Assembly (NCBI GenBank): GCA_945883545.1
Contig: CAMCXT010000004.1
Coordinates: 11,829-75,828 of the forward strand
DNA length: 64,000 bases
DNA from: Chitinophaga pinensis
Lineage (GTDB): Bacteria > Bacteroidota > Bacteroidia > M30B66
Direction: 5' to 3'
The position numbers and the translations under genes were made by a program. Every line of letters starts with the position of its first letter. The first letter of the stretch is position 1. Of the stretch, positions 16,852 to 27,366 are shown in pieces. Under the pieces are notes generated by a model, which worked only from the letters and a program-made list of their open reading frames with translations, did not search any database and was not told where the DNA came from.

Positions 16852-19152
16852 TTAAAACTTAAAGTTCGCACCCAAGTTCCACAAAATTGGTAACTGGTTG
16901 ATGCGCTCGAACTTGATACGATCGAAGTAGAAGATATTCTCACGGTTGTACACATTGGTTGCACCAGCGGTAAATTCTAACAATGAACGCTCACCTGTTA
17001 CAATGGTCTTCTTCAGGTTCATGTCTAAACGGTGGTAGTCGGGCAAACGGCCATTGTTGAGCTGTCCGAAAGCGGTTCCAAGTGTTCCATTGCTGGTGGT
17101 GAAGTTCGATCCCAAATCGCCACTAAGATTAATGTTCTCGTAGAAACCTTGCGTCTGGGTGAAAGGGAAGCCAGAACCATAGTTCCAACGAACATTCATT
17201 TCCCAATCGAGCTTCTTCCCGAAGGTGTAAGACACCAAGAAATTTACATTGTGGCGACGGTCCCACACCGGACTGTAATCAATCAATTCGTCCTCACGCG
17301 TAACTTTCATCAAAGAGTAAACCGCCCAAACATACAAACGCTTGTATTCGTATTTCAACACCACATCAACACCTTGCGATTGTCCGCGTTCTAAGATGTA
17401 ATCCGATTTGTACACTGCAGGCTTATCGGCATTTGCAGGAATATCATCGTACAGCTTATTTCTATTGATGTTGGTGAGTTGGTTGAAGTTGAAGTAATAT
17501 GCTTCAGCATTCAAAGTGAGGTACTTCGTAAGGTTACTTTCGAAACCAAGGATGAAGTGACGAGCCTTTTGCAATTTCGAATCAACGTCATCGCCCTTGA
17601 ATTTGGAAGGCGAATTTTCAGGAGCAGAAAGGAAACCATAAAACAAGTTCACCACATCGCGGTCAGAAACTCCTGCAATAAGATTTTGAGAGTACATACC
17701 CGCAGCACCTTTCAAACGGAAGTTATTGGTTACATTAAGCTTGGCTCCAATTCTAGGTTCTGGAGATGCTTCTGCAAGTGATGCATAATATTGCAATCGG
17801 AAACTTGGTTCCAAAACAAGCTTCCCAAGGATTGCTTTGTAACGCATGTAAAGTCCGAGTTCGGAAGTGTTTTCCTCTTGCTTGATCTCACGGTTAACTT
17901 CGTTGAAGAAGGTGTAATCGGTCGAAAATCCGATGGTTTCAACACCCCACTGAAAATCGTTCTTGCCAAAGAAATACTTGAAGTTCAATCCGAGATTAAA
18001 TCCACTAATTCGGCTGTTTCTCGACGGGCGACTAGCCTCATCCAAGGTGATTTGATAATCTGAATAACTCATCGAACCATCGAATACAAACCCACTGTTG
18101 TTAGGAATCAACACGAAACTTGTTCCTACACCGTATGTGTTCCAGTTGAGGTCTTGAAGACTGCGGTATTTCACCTTATCGCGGAAATTGAAGGCTGAAA
18201 GACCAAGCTTACTACCGTTTTCGCCGCTGAAGGAAAGTTTTCCGTAGAGGTCGGTGAAGTTGAATGGAAGTCCAGCGGTATCTACGTAAGGATAGAACAG
18301 ATCGGCACTTTCTTTCAGGTAGGAAGTTCTTCCACTTACCATGAACGATGAACCAGCTGCAGAGTTTTCTTTCTGTTTTTTCAGTGGACCTTCGAGCTGC
18401 ACTTTCGAAACAAATGGCGAAGCCGACACTTTTCCATGGATACCTTTTTTGTCACCATCTTTCGTGGTGATTTTCATGATCGATGAAACCCTTCCGCCGT
18501 ATTCGGCGCCAAAGCCACCTGTGTAAACATCCACATTACGAATAACATCGGTATCGAACACCGAGAACAATCCGATCGAGTGGAAGGGATTGTAAATGAT
18601 CATCCCATCAAGCAACACCTTGTTCTGGATAGGCGAACCTCCACGAATGTAAAGCTGTCCACCTTGATCTCCAGTAAATGTTACCCCAGGTAAAACTTGC
18701 AGGTATTGCGCCAAATCCGGCTCAGCTCCAATGGTTGGAAGCTTGTTCATTTCCTTCGTAGTGATCGTTGTTACCGAAGCACCCACGCGGTTTTGTTCGT
18801 TGTCTTTATCGCCAGAAATTTCGAATTCTTTCAAAAGCAGTTCCTTCTCTTTCAAATACAGATTCTGCTGTACGATTTGATTCGCTTTTACCGAAATCCT
18901 TTGGGACACAGAGTCGAAATTGATCGCCGAAACAGAAATCATGTAATCTCCAGCCGGTACCTTGGTGATAGAGTAAAATCCATTCACGTCGGTTTGCACG
19001 CCCATTGTGGTTCCTTTCAGAAATACATTGGTAAAAATAACCGGCTCTCCGTTTTTCTTGTTGAATACAAATCCTCGAACGGTTCCTGTTTGCGCTGAAG
19101 CCGTAATAACAGCCGCTAGCAAACAAATGGTAAGTAAAAATCTGTTGCGCAT
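16852..19152 (-). CDS. TonB-dependent receptor with carboxypeptidase-regulatory-like N-domain
   Basis: TGTVRGFV..TDVNGFYSI, plug LPGV...GQLYIRGG...QNKVLLDG, YGGRVSS, terminal Phe. Start taken at MRNRF, downstream of a TATCTTTG element. Confidence 0.92.
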   Translation of the reverse strand: MRNRFLLTICLLAAVITASAQTGTVRGFVFNKKNGEPVIFTNVFLKGTTMGVQTDVNGFYSITKVPAGDYMISVSAINFDSVSQRISVKANQIVQQNLYLKEKELLLKEFEISGDKDNEQNRVGASVTTITTKEMNKLPTIGAEPDLAQYLQVLPGVTFTGDQGGQLYIRGGSPIQNKVLLDGMIIYNPFHSIGLFSVFDTDVIRNVDVYTGGFGAEYGGRVSSIMKITTKDGDKKGIHGKVSASPFVSKVQLEGPLKKQKENSAAGSSFMVSGRTSYLKESADLFYPYVDTAGLPFNFTDLYGKLSFSGENGSKLGLSAFNFRDKVKYRSLQDLNWNTYGVGTSFVLIPNNSGFVFDGSMSYSDYQITLDEASRPSRNSRISGFNLGLNFKYFFGKNDFQWGVETIGFSTDYTFFNEVNREIKQEENTSELGLYMRYKAILGKLVLEPSFRLQYYASLAEASPEPRIGAKLNVTNNFRLKGAAGMYSQNLIAGVSDRDVVNLFYGFLSAPENSPSKFKGDDVDSKLQKARHFILGFESNLTKYLTLNAEAYYFNFNQLTNINRNKLYDDIPANADKPAVYKSDYILERGQSQGVDVVLKYEYKRLYVWAVYSLMKVTREDELIDYSPVWDRRHNVNFLVSYTFGKKLDWEMNVRWNYGSGFPFTQTQGFYENINLSGDLGSNFTTSNGTLGTAFGQLNNGRLPDYHRLDMNLKKTIVTGERSLLEFTAGATNVYNRENIFYFDRIKFERINQLPILWNLGANFKF

Positions 19153-19229
19153 CCTATGTTTTGAAGGCGCCAAAGATATACTCTTTTCCTACTTGATGGC
19201 AGGAACATTTAACCCGTTTTATCGCTTTT

Positions 19230-19544
19230 TTAATCGGTAACGCACTCGTAAAAGGTGGAAGTCTTGTTGTCTCGCGCTTCATTTCCGCAAACATTCTCCT
19301 CTACATTGTTGTAAGTGCAGGTATATCCTTGGGCTTCGAGGAAAATTTTCCAAGAGTCTATCGAAGAACCATTCAAACTTTCATCGCCAGTACAACCCGA
19401 TACAGTTGGCAGCGCAACAGCTGTGCAAATGCCACACTTTTTGGTGCAATCATAACATTTTTCACAACTTGATAGCGTTGTGGATAAAATAATAATTACA
19501 CCTATACTGCTGAGGAATTTAAAGTTTTTGTTAAAATTTATCAT
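19230..19544 (-). CDS. Small Cys-rich putative lipoprotein
   Basis: Lipobox LSSC followed by EKCYDCTKKCGIC and further Cys; no CxxCH. Confidence 0.65.
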   Translation of the reverse strand: MINFNKNFKFLSSIGVIIILSTTLSSCEKCYDCTKKCGICTAVALPTVSGCTGDESLNGSSIDSWKIFLEAQGYTCTYNNVEENVCGNEARDNKTSTFYECVTD

Positions 19545-19635
19545 TTTGGCAGCGTAAGATGTTGGGAAGAATTCTAATTATAGCCCTTTGTAGCTAATGT
19601 ATAATTTGTAATTTTAAGTTGTCAAACTAAACTCA

Positions 19636-22600
19636 ATGCTTATGAAATTTAACCGCTACCTCTTTGCGCTACTGCTGATTGTGGCTTCTGGTATAGGATC
19701 GTTGAAGGCTCAATGCCCTCAAAATTTTCTGCAGATCCAGCCTCAAATGAACGGTCAGCAGTTGGGCGCTGTTGTCATCAATCAAGGCAATGCAGCAATG
19801 CCCATCAGTCTCACTATTGATTTCGGCGACAATTCGGCGCCACTTAATCAAGTGATGACTTCTGCCTTTACTTGGCAACATAGTTATCAGGCACCTGGAA
19901 CTTACTTGGTTTGTGCAATTGGTGAAGACAACAATGGTTGCCTTGATACAGTCTGCGTGCCTGTAGTTGCACAACCTTGCAGCCAAAATCAATTCAATGT
20001 TTATGCAGTCGATTCGTTGGTTGGAGAAGTAGTGTATATCTATCCTTATGTTACGGGTGGAACTCCTCCTTACACCTATTTAACAACTTCAGAATCAAAC
20101 ACAAGCACATCAAATCCTGCTGTTTTTGTTTATCCAAATGACGGAGCGCATGAGTATTGTGTAACCGTTTCAGATGCCAATGGATGTCAAGACACTTATT
20201 GTGATTCTACTTACACTGGGTGTATTTTCCCAGTTCCAACAACCTTCTCTGCAGTGCCTTTGCAAACCAATAACTTTGTGAATTTTGTTGGAACAGCTCA
20301 AGGAAATATTGTTTCCTACGAATGGAATTTTGGAGATGGCAACCTTGCCACTGGACCTACACAATTTCACGAATATGCTCAATCTGGCTTATACACAGTC
20401 TGTTTATCGGTTACCACCGAAGATGGTTGCACAGGTCAATACTGTCAAGTTGTATATGCGGGATTTAATTGTCAGCAAAGCCCAATCGTTTCCAATTTAA
20501 CCTATCAAATTTCAGGTGATACCGTGATGGTTTACCCACAAACTACTGGAGGCTGCGGAAATTATACATACCAATGGACTTCCACTGGTGGACAATATAT
20601 GGGAGGAAACAATCCTGCCATGTTCTTTTTCCCAAACAATGGAACATTCCAAATTTATACTAGTGTAGCTGATGGATGCAGTTGTTCGAATGTATCGAGT
20701 GTTTTCGTAACCCTTGGATGCAACCAGCAAGCAACATCAACTATCATTATGGGATCAAGTTCTGTAGTGACAACATGTAGCGCAAATTTCTACGACAGTG
20801 GCGGGTTAACTGGGAATTATTTAAACAATCAAACCCAGACCCTTACAGTTTATCCTGCAACAGTAGGAGGTCATCTTTCGGTTACCTTCAACAGCTATTC
20901 TTTGGAAGATAACTACGATTATCTAACCATCTACAATGGAACCAATATCAATTCTCCAATTTTAGCTACGCTCAACGGAAACGCTACTTCACCGGTAACT
21001 TACACTTCTACAGCAGCCAACGGAGCGTTAACTTTCCTTTGGGAATCTGATGGTTCGGTGGTGGAATCTGGTTGGAACGCTACGATTTCTTGCAATGCCA
21101 TCAACATCGCTTCAACTATCGTTGGCGGAACAGCAGCAGTATTTAATGTAGAATCAAACTTAAATAATATCGAAAGTTACGCATGGACTTTCGGAGGAAT
21201 CGCTTCATCCAATTTGCCGAACCCGATCAACACTTTTCCTGACGGTGGAATGTACCAAGTTTGCTGTACGGTAACAACTACCGACGGCTGCATTTACAGC
21301 ACATGCGAATGGGTGAATATTCCTTGTCTATTTCAAGCTGAACTTCAAACTTCAGTGGTTGGAAACGTGATGCAGGTGGTGATCCCGAACATGAATCCAA
21401 ATTATTACTACTCGTTGTACATTCCAAATAGCAACCAATCATGGATGCAGGTAACCAACGATACATTGTCATATACATTTATGAATCCAGGTGTTTATGA
21501 TGTTTGCCTGTATGCCGATGGAAACTGTTTCGATTCAACTTGCACCACAGTAACTATTTCTGGTGAAGGTGTTGATACCCTTTCAGGAACGCTTTGGAAC
21601 GATACTGATGGTGATGGTTATTTCGATGATACTGAGCTGCCGATATCAAATGGATATGTGTATGTGTGTGCCGGAACTGATTCCTTGAATTGTCAATGGG
21701 CAATTACAGATAGCAATGGAAACTACACTGTGTATGTGTTCGATGGTGTTTATACAATTACTGCTTATGCGAACCAGTCTTTTGCAGTGCAAACCTTCCC
21801 AGTTGGTGCACAAGGCTACACTTACACGGCATCGGGTGGTGTAAATCAGAGCAATTTCAACTTCGGTTTCCAAAACCAAGCGGTTACTATCAGTGGAAAT
21901 GCTTACAACGATCTCAATGGCAATGGAATGCGCGATCCAAACGAACCAGGCATGCCTAACAAATTGATTTACGTTGGCAACACTTGGACCTATACCAATG
22001 CCAATGGAGATTATACGCTTCAATTGTTACCGGGAACCTACGTGATCACCATCTCTTCATTGCCTTCAGGTTATGTGCTTACCGAGCCTACAACGAATCC
22101 TCCTGGTTACAATGTAACAGCAACCACAGGTAATACTTACACAGGCTATGATTTTGGTTATTATGCCGATCCTACTTTGCAAGATTTAAGTGCATCGATT
22201 TACAACATTTCAACAGTAACTCCAGGTTTCCCTGTGATGAATTCACTTTCTTACTGCAATCAAGGTGCAGTGGCACAAAGCGGAACTTTCACACTGTATT
22301 GGGATCCATTGTTGGCGATTGCCTCTCAAAATGTGTTCAACCCACAGCCGAGTTCATTCGATGCGGCAAACAATACTGCATCTTGGAATTTCAGCAATCT
22401 CGCGGCTGGAGCATGTTCTTACATCTACTGGAATTCTTCAGCGTCAGTTTCGTTGGCACTTGGAACTTCAATCACCAACTTGGTGATGGTTACTCCATTG
22501 AATGATTACAATCCGAACAACAACATCGATACAACGCACCAAACCGTTGTAGGATCTTGGGATCCAAACGATAAGCACGGAACTCCTTATGGTGAAGGTG

Positions 22601-23247
22601 AAGAAGGAAGCATCCTTCCAAACACAAGAATCAGCTACACCGTACGCTTCCAAAATACAGGAACAGCTCCAGCGGTGAACGTAGTGTTGGTGGATACCAT
22701 CTCTACCGATTTCATCCTCGAAACGCTTACGATGAATGCATCATCTGATCTTTACCAAATGACCTTGGATCCTCAAACCCGTGTAATTCGTTGGGTGTTC
22801 AATGGCATCATGCTTCCAGATAGCACTTCCGACCCAATTGGAAGTATCGGATTTGTAAACTTCAGCATTTCACCACAGCTCAATCAACCTGCTGGTACAA
22901 GATTGGAGAATTTCTGCGACATCTATTTCGATTTCAACGAACCTATCCGTACCAACACATCGGTGCATACAATCGATATCCCTACAGGAATCGAAGCCAA
23001 TGCATCAACCATGGTGAATGTGTTCCCGAATCCTTTCAATGGAACTACACAGTTTGTAATCCACACAGCTGATAAGCAGGACGCTGATGTAACGATTCAC
23101 AATGTATTGGGATCATCGATTGCGAAGTTCAATGCTGAAAATGGTAAACCAACCATGTTCGATGCTTCAGGGTTATCATCAGGCGTTTATTTCTACACAG
23201 TAACAAGTGCCGGAAAACAAACTACTGGTAAATTGATCGTGAGATAA
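19636..23247 (+). CDS. Large T9SS-secreted protein (PKD-like repeats, CUB domain, SdrD-B-like repeats, DPNDK domain, type A CTD)
   Basis: WNFGDG PKD; FYDSGG..YDYLTIYNG..SDGSVVESGW CUB; SGTLWNDTDGDG and SGNAYNDLNGNG; WDPNDK..YTVRFQNTG; FPNPF...KLIVR. Confidence 0.88.
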   Translation: MLMKFNRYLFALLLIVASGIGSLKAQCPQNFLQIQPQMNGQQLGAVVINQGNAAMPISLTIDFGDNSAPLNQVMTSAFTWQHSYQAPGTYLVCAIGEDNNGCLDTVCVPVVAQPCSQNQFNVYAVDSLVGEVVYIYPYVTGGTPPYTYLTTSESNTSTSNPAVFVYPNDGAHEYCVTVSDANGCQDTYCDSTYTGCIFPVPTTFSAVPLQTNNFVNFVGTAQGNIVSYEWNFGDGNLATGPTQFHEYAQSGLYTVCLSVTTEDGCTGQYCQVVYAGFNCQQSPIVSNLTYQISGDTVMVYPQTTGGCGNYTYQWTSTGGQYMGGNNPAMFFFPNNGTFQIYTSVADGCSCSNVSSVFVTLGCNQQATSTIIMGSSSVVTTCSANFYDSGGLTGNYLNNQTQTLTVYPATVGGHLSVTFNSYSLEDNYDYLTIYNGTNINSPILATLNGNATSPVTYTSTAANGALTFLWESDGSVVESGWNATISCNAINIASTIVGGTAAVFNVESNLNNIESYAWTFGGIASSNLPNPINTFPDGGMYQVCCTVTTTDGCIYSTCEWVNIPCLFQAELQTSVVGNVMQVVIPNMNPNYYYSLYIPNSNQSWMQVTNDTLSYTFMNPGVYDVCLYADGNCFDSTCTTVTISGEGVDTLSGTLWNDTDGDGYFDDTELPISNGYVYVCAGTDSLNCQWAITDSNGNYTVYVFDGVYTITAYANQSFAVQTFPVGAQGYTYTASGGVNQSNFNFGFQNQAVTISGNAYNDLNGNGMRDPNEPGMPNKLIYVGNTWTYTNANGDYTLQLLPGTYVITISSLPSGYVLTEPTTNPPGYNVTATTGNTYTGYDFGYYADPTLQDLSASIYNISTVTPGFPVMNSLSYCNQGAVAQSGTFTLYWDPLLAIASQNVFNPQPSSFDAANNTASWNFSNLAAGACSYIYWNSSASVSLALGTSITNLVMVTPLNDYNPNNNIDTTHQTVVGSWDPNDKHGTPYGEGEEGSILPNTRISYTVRFQNTGTAPAVNVVLVDTISTDFILETLTMNASSDLYQMTLDPQTRVIRWVFNGIMLPDSTSDPIGSIGFVNFSISPQLNQPAGTRLENFCDIYFDFNEPIRTNTSVHTIDIPTGIEANASTMVNVFPNPFNGTTQFVIHTADKQDADVTIHNVLGSSIAKFNAENGKPTMFDASGLSSGVYFYTVTSAGKQTTGKLIVR

Positions 23248-23266
23248 ACAAGATTTTTCGTTGCAA

Positions 23267-23303
23267 GAAAGGGCTGCCGATTTCGATTGGTGGCCCTTTT
23301 TAT
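23267..23303. terminator. Bidirectional terminator between convergent genes
   Basis: AAAGGGCTGCCGAT-ttcg-ATTGGTGGCCCTTTTT. Confidence 0.75.
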
Positions 23304-23749
23304 TTTTGAGGAATTTGAAGCTGCATTTCCACGAGGTCGAATCCTGTTGACCAGAAATCCTCTATACGGTTTGATTCCTTGAATCCAGCTTTTTCATAAA
23401 ACCGGTTGGCTAGCTGAGAAGTCCTCACCCAAACAGTGTCAATTTTGAAATGATCTTTTAGGTAATTGAGCCGATGCGTTACCAATGATCCTCCCAATCC
23501 TTTTCCTTGAAAGTCGGGGTGAACAATATCCCAACTGAGCCAAGCTTGTTCGGGTGTATTTTTGAAATTGATGCCACCACAAGCCACTACAATTTGATCA
23601 ATGCAAATTACAAAGTAGTGTTCTCGTTCAAATTGAAGATATTGTTCGAAATCCTTTACTTCGGTTTCCGCAAATGATGATGGGATGTTGAGGTTCAACA
23701 ATTCCAAAACACGCGTTGTGTCTGATTGTGTAAATTCTCGAACCACCAT
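23300..23749 (-). CDS. GNAT N-acetyltransferase
   Basis: VHPDFQGKGLG acetyl-CoA motif; FYEKAGF. Confidence 0.9.
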   Translation of the reverse strand: MVVREFTQSDTTRVLELLNLNIPSSFAETEVKDFEQYLQFEREHYFVICIDQIVVACGGINFKNTPEQAWLSWDIVHPDFQGKGLGGSLVTHRLNYLKDHFKIDTVWVRTSQLANRFYEKAGFKESNRIEDFWSTGFDLVEMQLQIPQK

Positions 23750-23755
23750 GGGAAA

Positions 23756-24160
23756 TCAGCTTCCCATTTCAACTATCCGATCGAATTCTTCCACCTTCAA
23801 AGGCATCACACTTAAGCGCCCTTGGCGGATGAGTCCGATATTGGCAAGCATTGGATCTTGCTTCATTTGCGCAAGTGAAACTGGCTTTTTGAGTGCTTTG
23901 TAAGGTGCCAAATCCACAACAACCCATCTTGGATCATCTATCGTAGGATCGGGGTAATGTTCCTTCAAAACCTTCGCAATTCCGACTACTTCCATGCCTT
24001 CGTTGCTGTGGTAATACAACACGAGGTCGCCTTTTTTCATCGCTTGCAGATTGTTTCGTGCTTGGTAGTTGCGCACGCCATCCCAGAATGTTTTTCCATC
24101 CTTCACAAATTGGTCCCAGGCATATTTCACCGGTTCCGATTTTACCAGCCAGTAATTCAT
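23756..24160 (-). CDS. EVE domain protein
   Basis: YWLVKSEP..WDGVRNYQARN..MKKGD..YYHS..GRLSVMP. Confidence 0.95.
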   Translation of the reverse strand: MNYWLVKSEPVKYAWDQFVKDGKTFWDGVRNYQARNNLQAMKKGDLVLYYHSNEGMEVVGIAKVLKEHYPDPTIDDPRWVVVDLAPYKALKKPVSLAQMKQDPMLANIGLIRQGRLSVMPLKVEEFDRIVEMGS

Positions 24161-25266
24161 CAGTGTATTATTTTGAAAACGAGTTCTTTCATGAGTTTGC
24201 CTGCATCATTGTCCGACGCATTCCAGCCTTTGCTTCGCATGTCGTAATCGCGTAAATGGTGAATGATTTTGATCACTTTTCCCGGCGAATAGTTTCTTGC
24301 CATGGTTTCATATTCACGCATGAAATATGGATTTACGCCCATCTCTTGTGCCATGTTACTGGTTTTGCCCGTGCTCTTTAACCAATGGTACTGAAGCGAT
24401 CGCATGAAAAAGGTGAGCAGCGTTGGCAACACCATTTGAATGGGCAAAACTTTCTCTTGTTGCCCCATAAAGAAGGCGATTTTATTGGCTTTTAAGATGT
24501 TTTTAGTGGCCAAGGCATTTTGTAATTCGAATGCAGTGTACTCTTTACTAACACCAACCGATTCTTCAACATCACGTTCGGTGAATTCGTAGCCTGGTTG
24601 ATGGTTGAGCATCAATTTGTCGGCTTCGTTGGTTACTTTATCGAGTTCATTTCCGAGCGATTCTGCAAGTAAAATTGCAGCCCGCGCATTGATGTGATAG
24701 CCTCGTTTCTGGAAGTATCCAGATGCCCACTCAGGAATTTTTTCATCCTTCATTTTGCTCGATTCTACCATCACGTATTCATTGGCAGCATCGTAGAAAG
24801 ACTTTTGCTTTTTCGGTGCAGGAGCCTTTTTCTCACCTGGCGGAAGAATTGCCACTGGCTTAACCGCCTTTTCTTCTGCACCACCTTCCGAAACAGCACG
24901 CTTGGGCACTTTTACGCCTCTGAAAAACAAAACCAAAATTGTATTTGGATTGGGCTTTTCAATGTAGGAAACCATGCGTTGAAACACATCTGGTCCGGGG
25001 CGTTTCATGGCTTGTGCTTCCTTAACAATAGTTACTTGGTACTCTGCCATCATCGGAAATCGGCGGGCAGCCACAACAACATCTTCCGGAGAAACATCAG
25101 CGCCGTAAAGTACAGTGAAGTTGAATTCCTTCTCGTCAGGGTTCAAGATATTGTCTTCCATATACTTCACGAGCTGTTCGTTGTAATATGGCTCGTCGCC
25201 ATGAAACACATACACTGGAGAGAATTTTCGGGCCTTGAGGTCTTTTAGAACGGCTTCAACTTTCAT
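24160..25266 (-). CDS. holA: DNA polymerase III delta subunit
   Basis: PVYVFHGDEPYY, KEFNFTVLYG, RRFPMM, GVSKEY..FEL, KELVFKI. Confidence 0.92.
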   Translation of the reverse strand: MKVEAVLKDLKARKFSPVYVFHGDEPYYNEQLVKYMEDNILNPDEKEFNFTVLYGADVSPEDVVVAARRFPMMAEYQVTIVKEAQAMKRPGPDVFQRMVSYIEKPNPNTILVLFFRGVKVPKRAVSEGGAEEKAVKPVAILPPGEKKAPAPKKQKSFYDAANEYVMVESSKMKDEKIPEWASGYFQKRGYHINARAAILLAESLGNELDKVTNEADKLMLNHQPGYEFTERDVEESVGVSKEYTAFELQNALATKNILKANKIAFFMGQQEKVLPIQMVLPTLLTFFMRSLQYHWLKSTGKTSNMAQEMGVNPYFMREYETMARNYSPGKVIKIIHHLRDYDMRSKGWNASDNDAGKLMKELVFKIIH

Positions 25267-25367
25267 GGGTACAAAGTAACCGGAAAAATCGACCTGATGG
25301 GTCGGAAGTTGTCAACGGTGCTGTGAATATCGCTGTGAATTGTGTGTGAGAAATGTAACTTCGCTCA

Positions 25368-25910
25368 ATGGAACTATTTACGATTAAAACCGAGCGACTC
25401 ACGTTGAGGTTGATCAATCCAGCAGTTTTTCATTGGGCATTTAAGGAATTGTCGGATGCAGAAATTTGCTCGCTTTTTCAATTCAAGGAAGAGGCCGAAT
25501 TGCTTGCTGCAAAGGCGCGTTATGCTGAAGGGATTGAATCGTGGTGGTTTAAATTTGCATGGTTTCAAATTTTTAGGTCGGATGATATGAAATACCTTGG
25601 CTGGTGCGGCTATCATACCATTGTTGTAAATCACCAACGGGCGGAAATTGGATATGAGCTGCTCGCTGAAGAGGAGCGGAACAAAGGATACATGGGAGAA
25701 GCCTTAAAAAAGGTGATTCAATATGGCTTCGAAGACTTGAATTTAAATCGAATTGAAGCGCTAACAAGTCTCGAAAATGAGATTTCTAAAAAGCTAATCC
25801 TGGCTAACGGATTTGTGCACGAAGGCGAATTAAAAAGCCATTATTTGAAAAATGACGAATTCGAAAATTCTGTTTTTTTCGCACTAATTAGACATAACTA
25901 CCGAAAATAA
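25368..25910 (+). CDS. RimJ/RimL-type GNAT acetyltransferase
   Basis: IKTERLTLR, RAEIGYEL, NKGYMGEAL, LNLNRIEA, GFVHEG. Confidence 0.88.
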   Translation: MELFTIKTERLTLRLINPAVFHWAFKELSDAEICSLFQFKEEAELLAAKARYAEGIESWWFKFAWFQIFRSDDMKYLGWCGYHTIVVNHQRAEIGYELLAEEERNKGYMGEALKKVIQYGFEDLNLNRIEALTSLENEISKKLILANGFVHEGELKSHYLKNDEFENSVFFALIRHNYRK

Positions 25911-25950
25911 ACCACCAGTTTCCTTTATTTCTGATGGCAAATTCGATTCA

Positions 25951-27366
25951 TTATTTATCAGTTTTTTCTGCTTGCTTTTCAATAGGAACAACAACTGCCG
26001 AAATTTTGTGATATCTCGCATAGCCTTCGTTGTACCAATGCCCTGGATCGCTCGTTAAATCGCCAAAAAACATTGTATAAGGTATTTTTCTAATTGGATT
26101 TAATACCAAGGTTTTATACGGAGCTGTTTTTTTATGAATAGCAGTTTTTTCTGATCTTTCGGTTAATTCTTTCCTGAATTCATGTACCATTTTCACATCC
26201 GAAAGCGCACCTCGAAGTCGGCTGTTGTAACTCGCTTGCCAAAGAACAATACAAAACAACATTCCACGAAGTACAAACGATTGTGGGATTTCGATTTTTA
26301 ATTTTTGCAGAATTAAAGGTGTAATTCCGATAGTCCAAACAGAGAAAAATAAAAACACAACATCATGCAATCGGCCTGGTGGTTGCGTCATGCCAGTTCC
26401 CCAGAAAAATGGGAAATACATCAATGGGATGATTAAAATACCTAAACCGGCAAAAATTAATTTGATGGGATGGATTTTAATATCAGACTTCATTTTAATT
26501 CCGATGCCAATACTGAGTGCCACCAACAACAAAGGCGTAGATCGACTCCAGTCGCGGATAACGTACCACATCATCGACAAACTGTGATTCACCGCAAACG
26601 ATAAATTAGCCACCGGATTTCCAGCCGTTTCAGTGAAATATTCCATTCTGTATCTGCTGCCTGGCGCCAACAATTCTATTCCTGCTCCCAACAGAAAAAC
26701 AGCCACAACTAACCAGTATTTGCGCAATTGGGGCTGATCGATTGGAAATACAAGTGCCAATACAAATCCCATGATCAACACGTTGATTTCATTGGTTCCT
26801 GCGATAAAAAATGGTAAAATAAAGTAAACCGATTTTACGAATTTATTGGGCTCTTTCTTGAAATGTAAAACCATCCAAAGTGCGATCATTGCCAAACCAG
26901 GCTGATAAGCGATCATACCGGTGAACCAGTATATGATTTCTGAAGGGTAAGGTAGGAAGCAAAGCCAGAATGTTCCTAGAATGACACCTACTGAAACATG
27001 GTTAAATGAAGATCCATAAATCCTTTGCAGGATTTTGCCAACCTGAAAAGCTGTAAACCAAAGCATCGAAATACCTAGAATGCCAGTAATTGCCGGGCCA
27101 ACGGTTTCGCCCAATTGCAGCGGATTTAAACAAAATGCCAAGAAGTGCGAAACAAATCTTCCGCTCCAATTGAGATAATAATGGTAAACAGCCTCAAATG
27201 GTCCAAACCTTTGCAATAAATAATAATCGTAATAATCATCGCTGGCAGCCATGTTGTTTAGGGCAAGCCAAACAAATGGAGCCGAAACTAAAAATGCAGC
27301 CGCAATCCAAGTGATTTTTTTTAGGATTTCGGATTTTTTCATTTTCGAAATCTCGATTAAATCCAA
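25951..27366 (-). CDS. Polytopic membrane protein (DUF6056 / GT-C-like)
   Basis: DDY, YLNWSGRF, YWFTG, GTNE, APG motifs; many TM segments. Confidence 0.65.
   Translation of the reverse strand: MDLIEISKMKKSEILKKITWIAAAFLVSAPFVWLALNNMAASDDYYDYYLLQRFGPFEAVYHYYLNWSGRFVSHFLAFCLNPLQLGETVGPAITGILGISMLWFTAFQVGKILQRIYGSSFNHVSVGVILGTFWLCFLPYPSEIIYWFTGMIAYQPGLAMIALWMVLHFKKEPNKFVKSVYFILPFFIAGTNEINVLIMGFVLALVFPIDQPQLRKYWLVVAVFLLGAGIELLAPGSRYRMEYFTETAGNPVANLSFAVNHSLSMMWYVIRDWSRSTPLLLVALSIGIGIKMKSDIKIHPIKLIFAGLGILIIPLMYFPFFWGTGMTQPPGRLHDVVFLFFSVWTIGITPLILQKLKIEIPQSFVLRGMLFCIVLWQASYNSRLRGALSDVKMVHEFRKELTERSEKTAIHKKTAPYKTLVLNPIRKIPYTMFFGDLTSDPGHWYNEGYARYHKISAVVVPIEKQAEKTDK

Noticed and set aside
23300-24160. 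EVE plus GNAT as a possible anti-phage or toxin module
   Set aside because: No nuclease or antitoxin partner is present, and the genes are embedded in the holA housekeeping operon.
24694-25248. Long antisense or alternate-frame ORFs (e.g. 24694-25248, 29869-30228, 30482-30928, 57246-57707)
   Set aside because: They are shadows of well-supported genes and carry no recognisable motifs.
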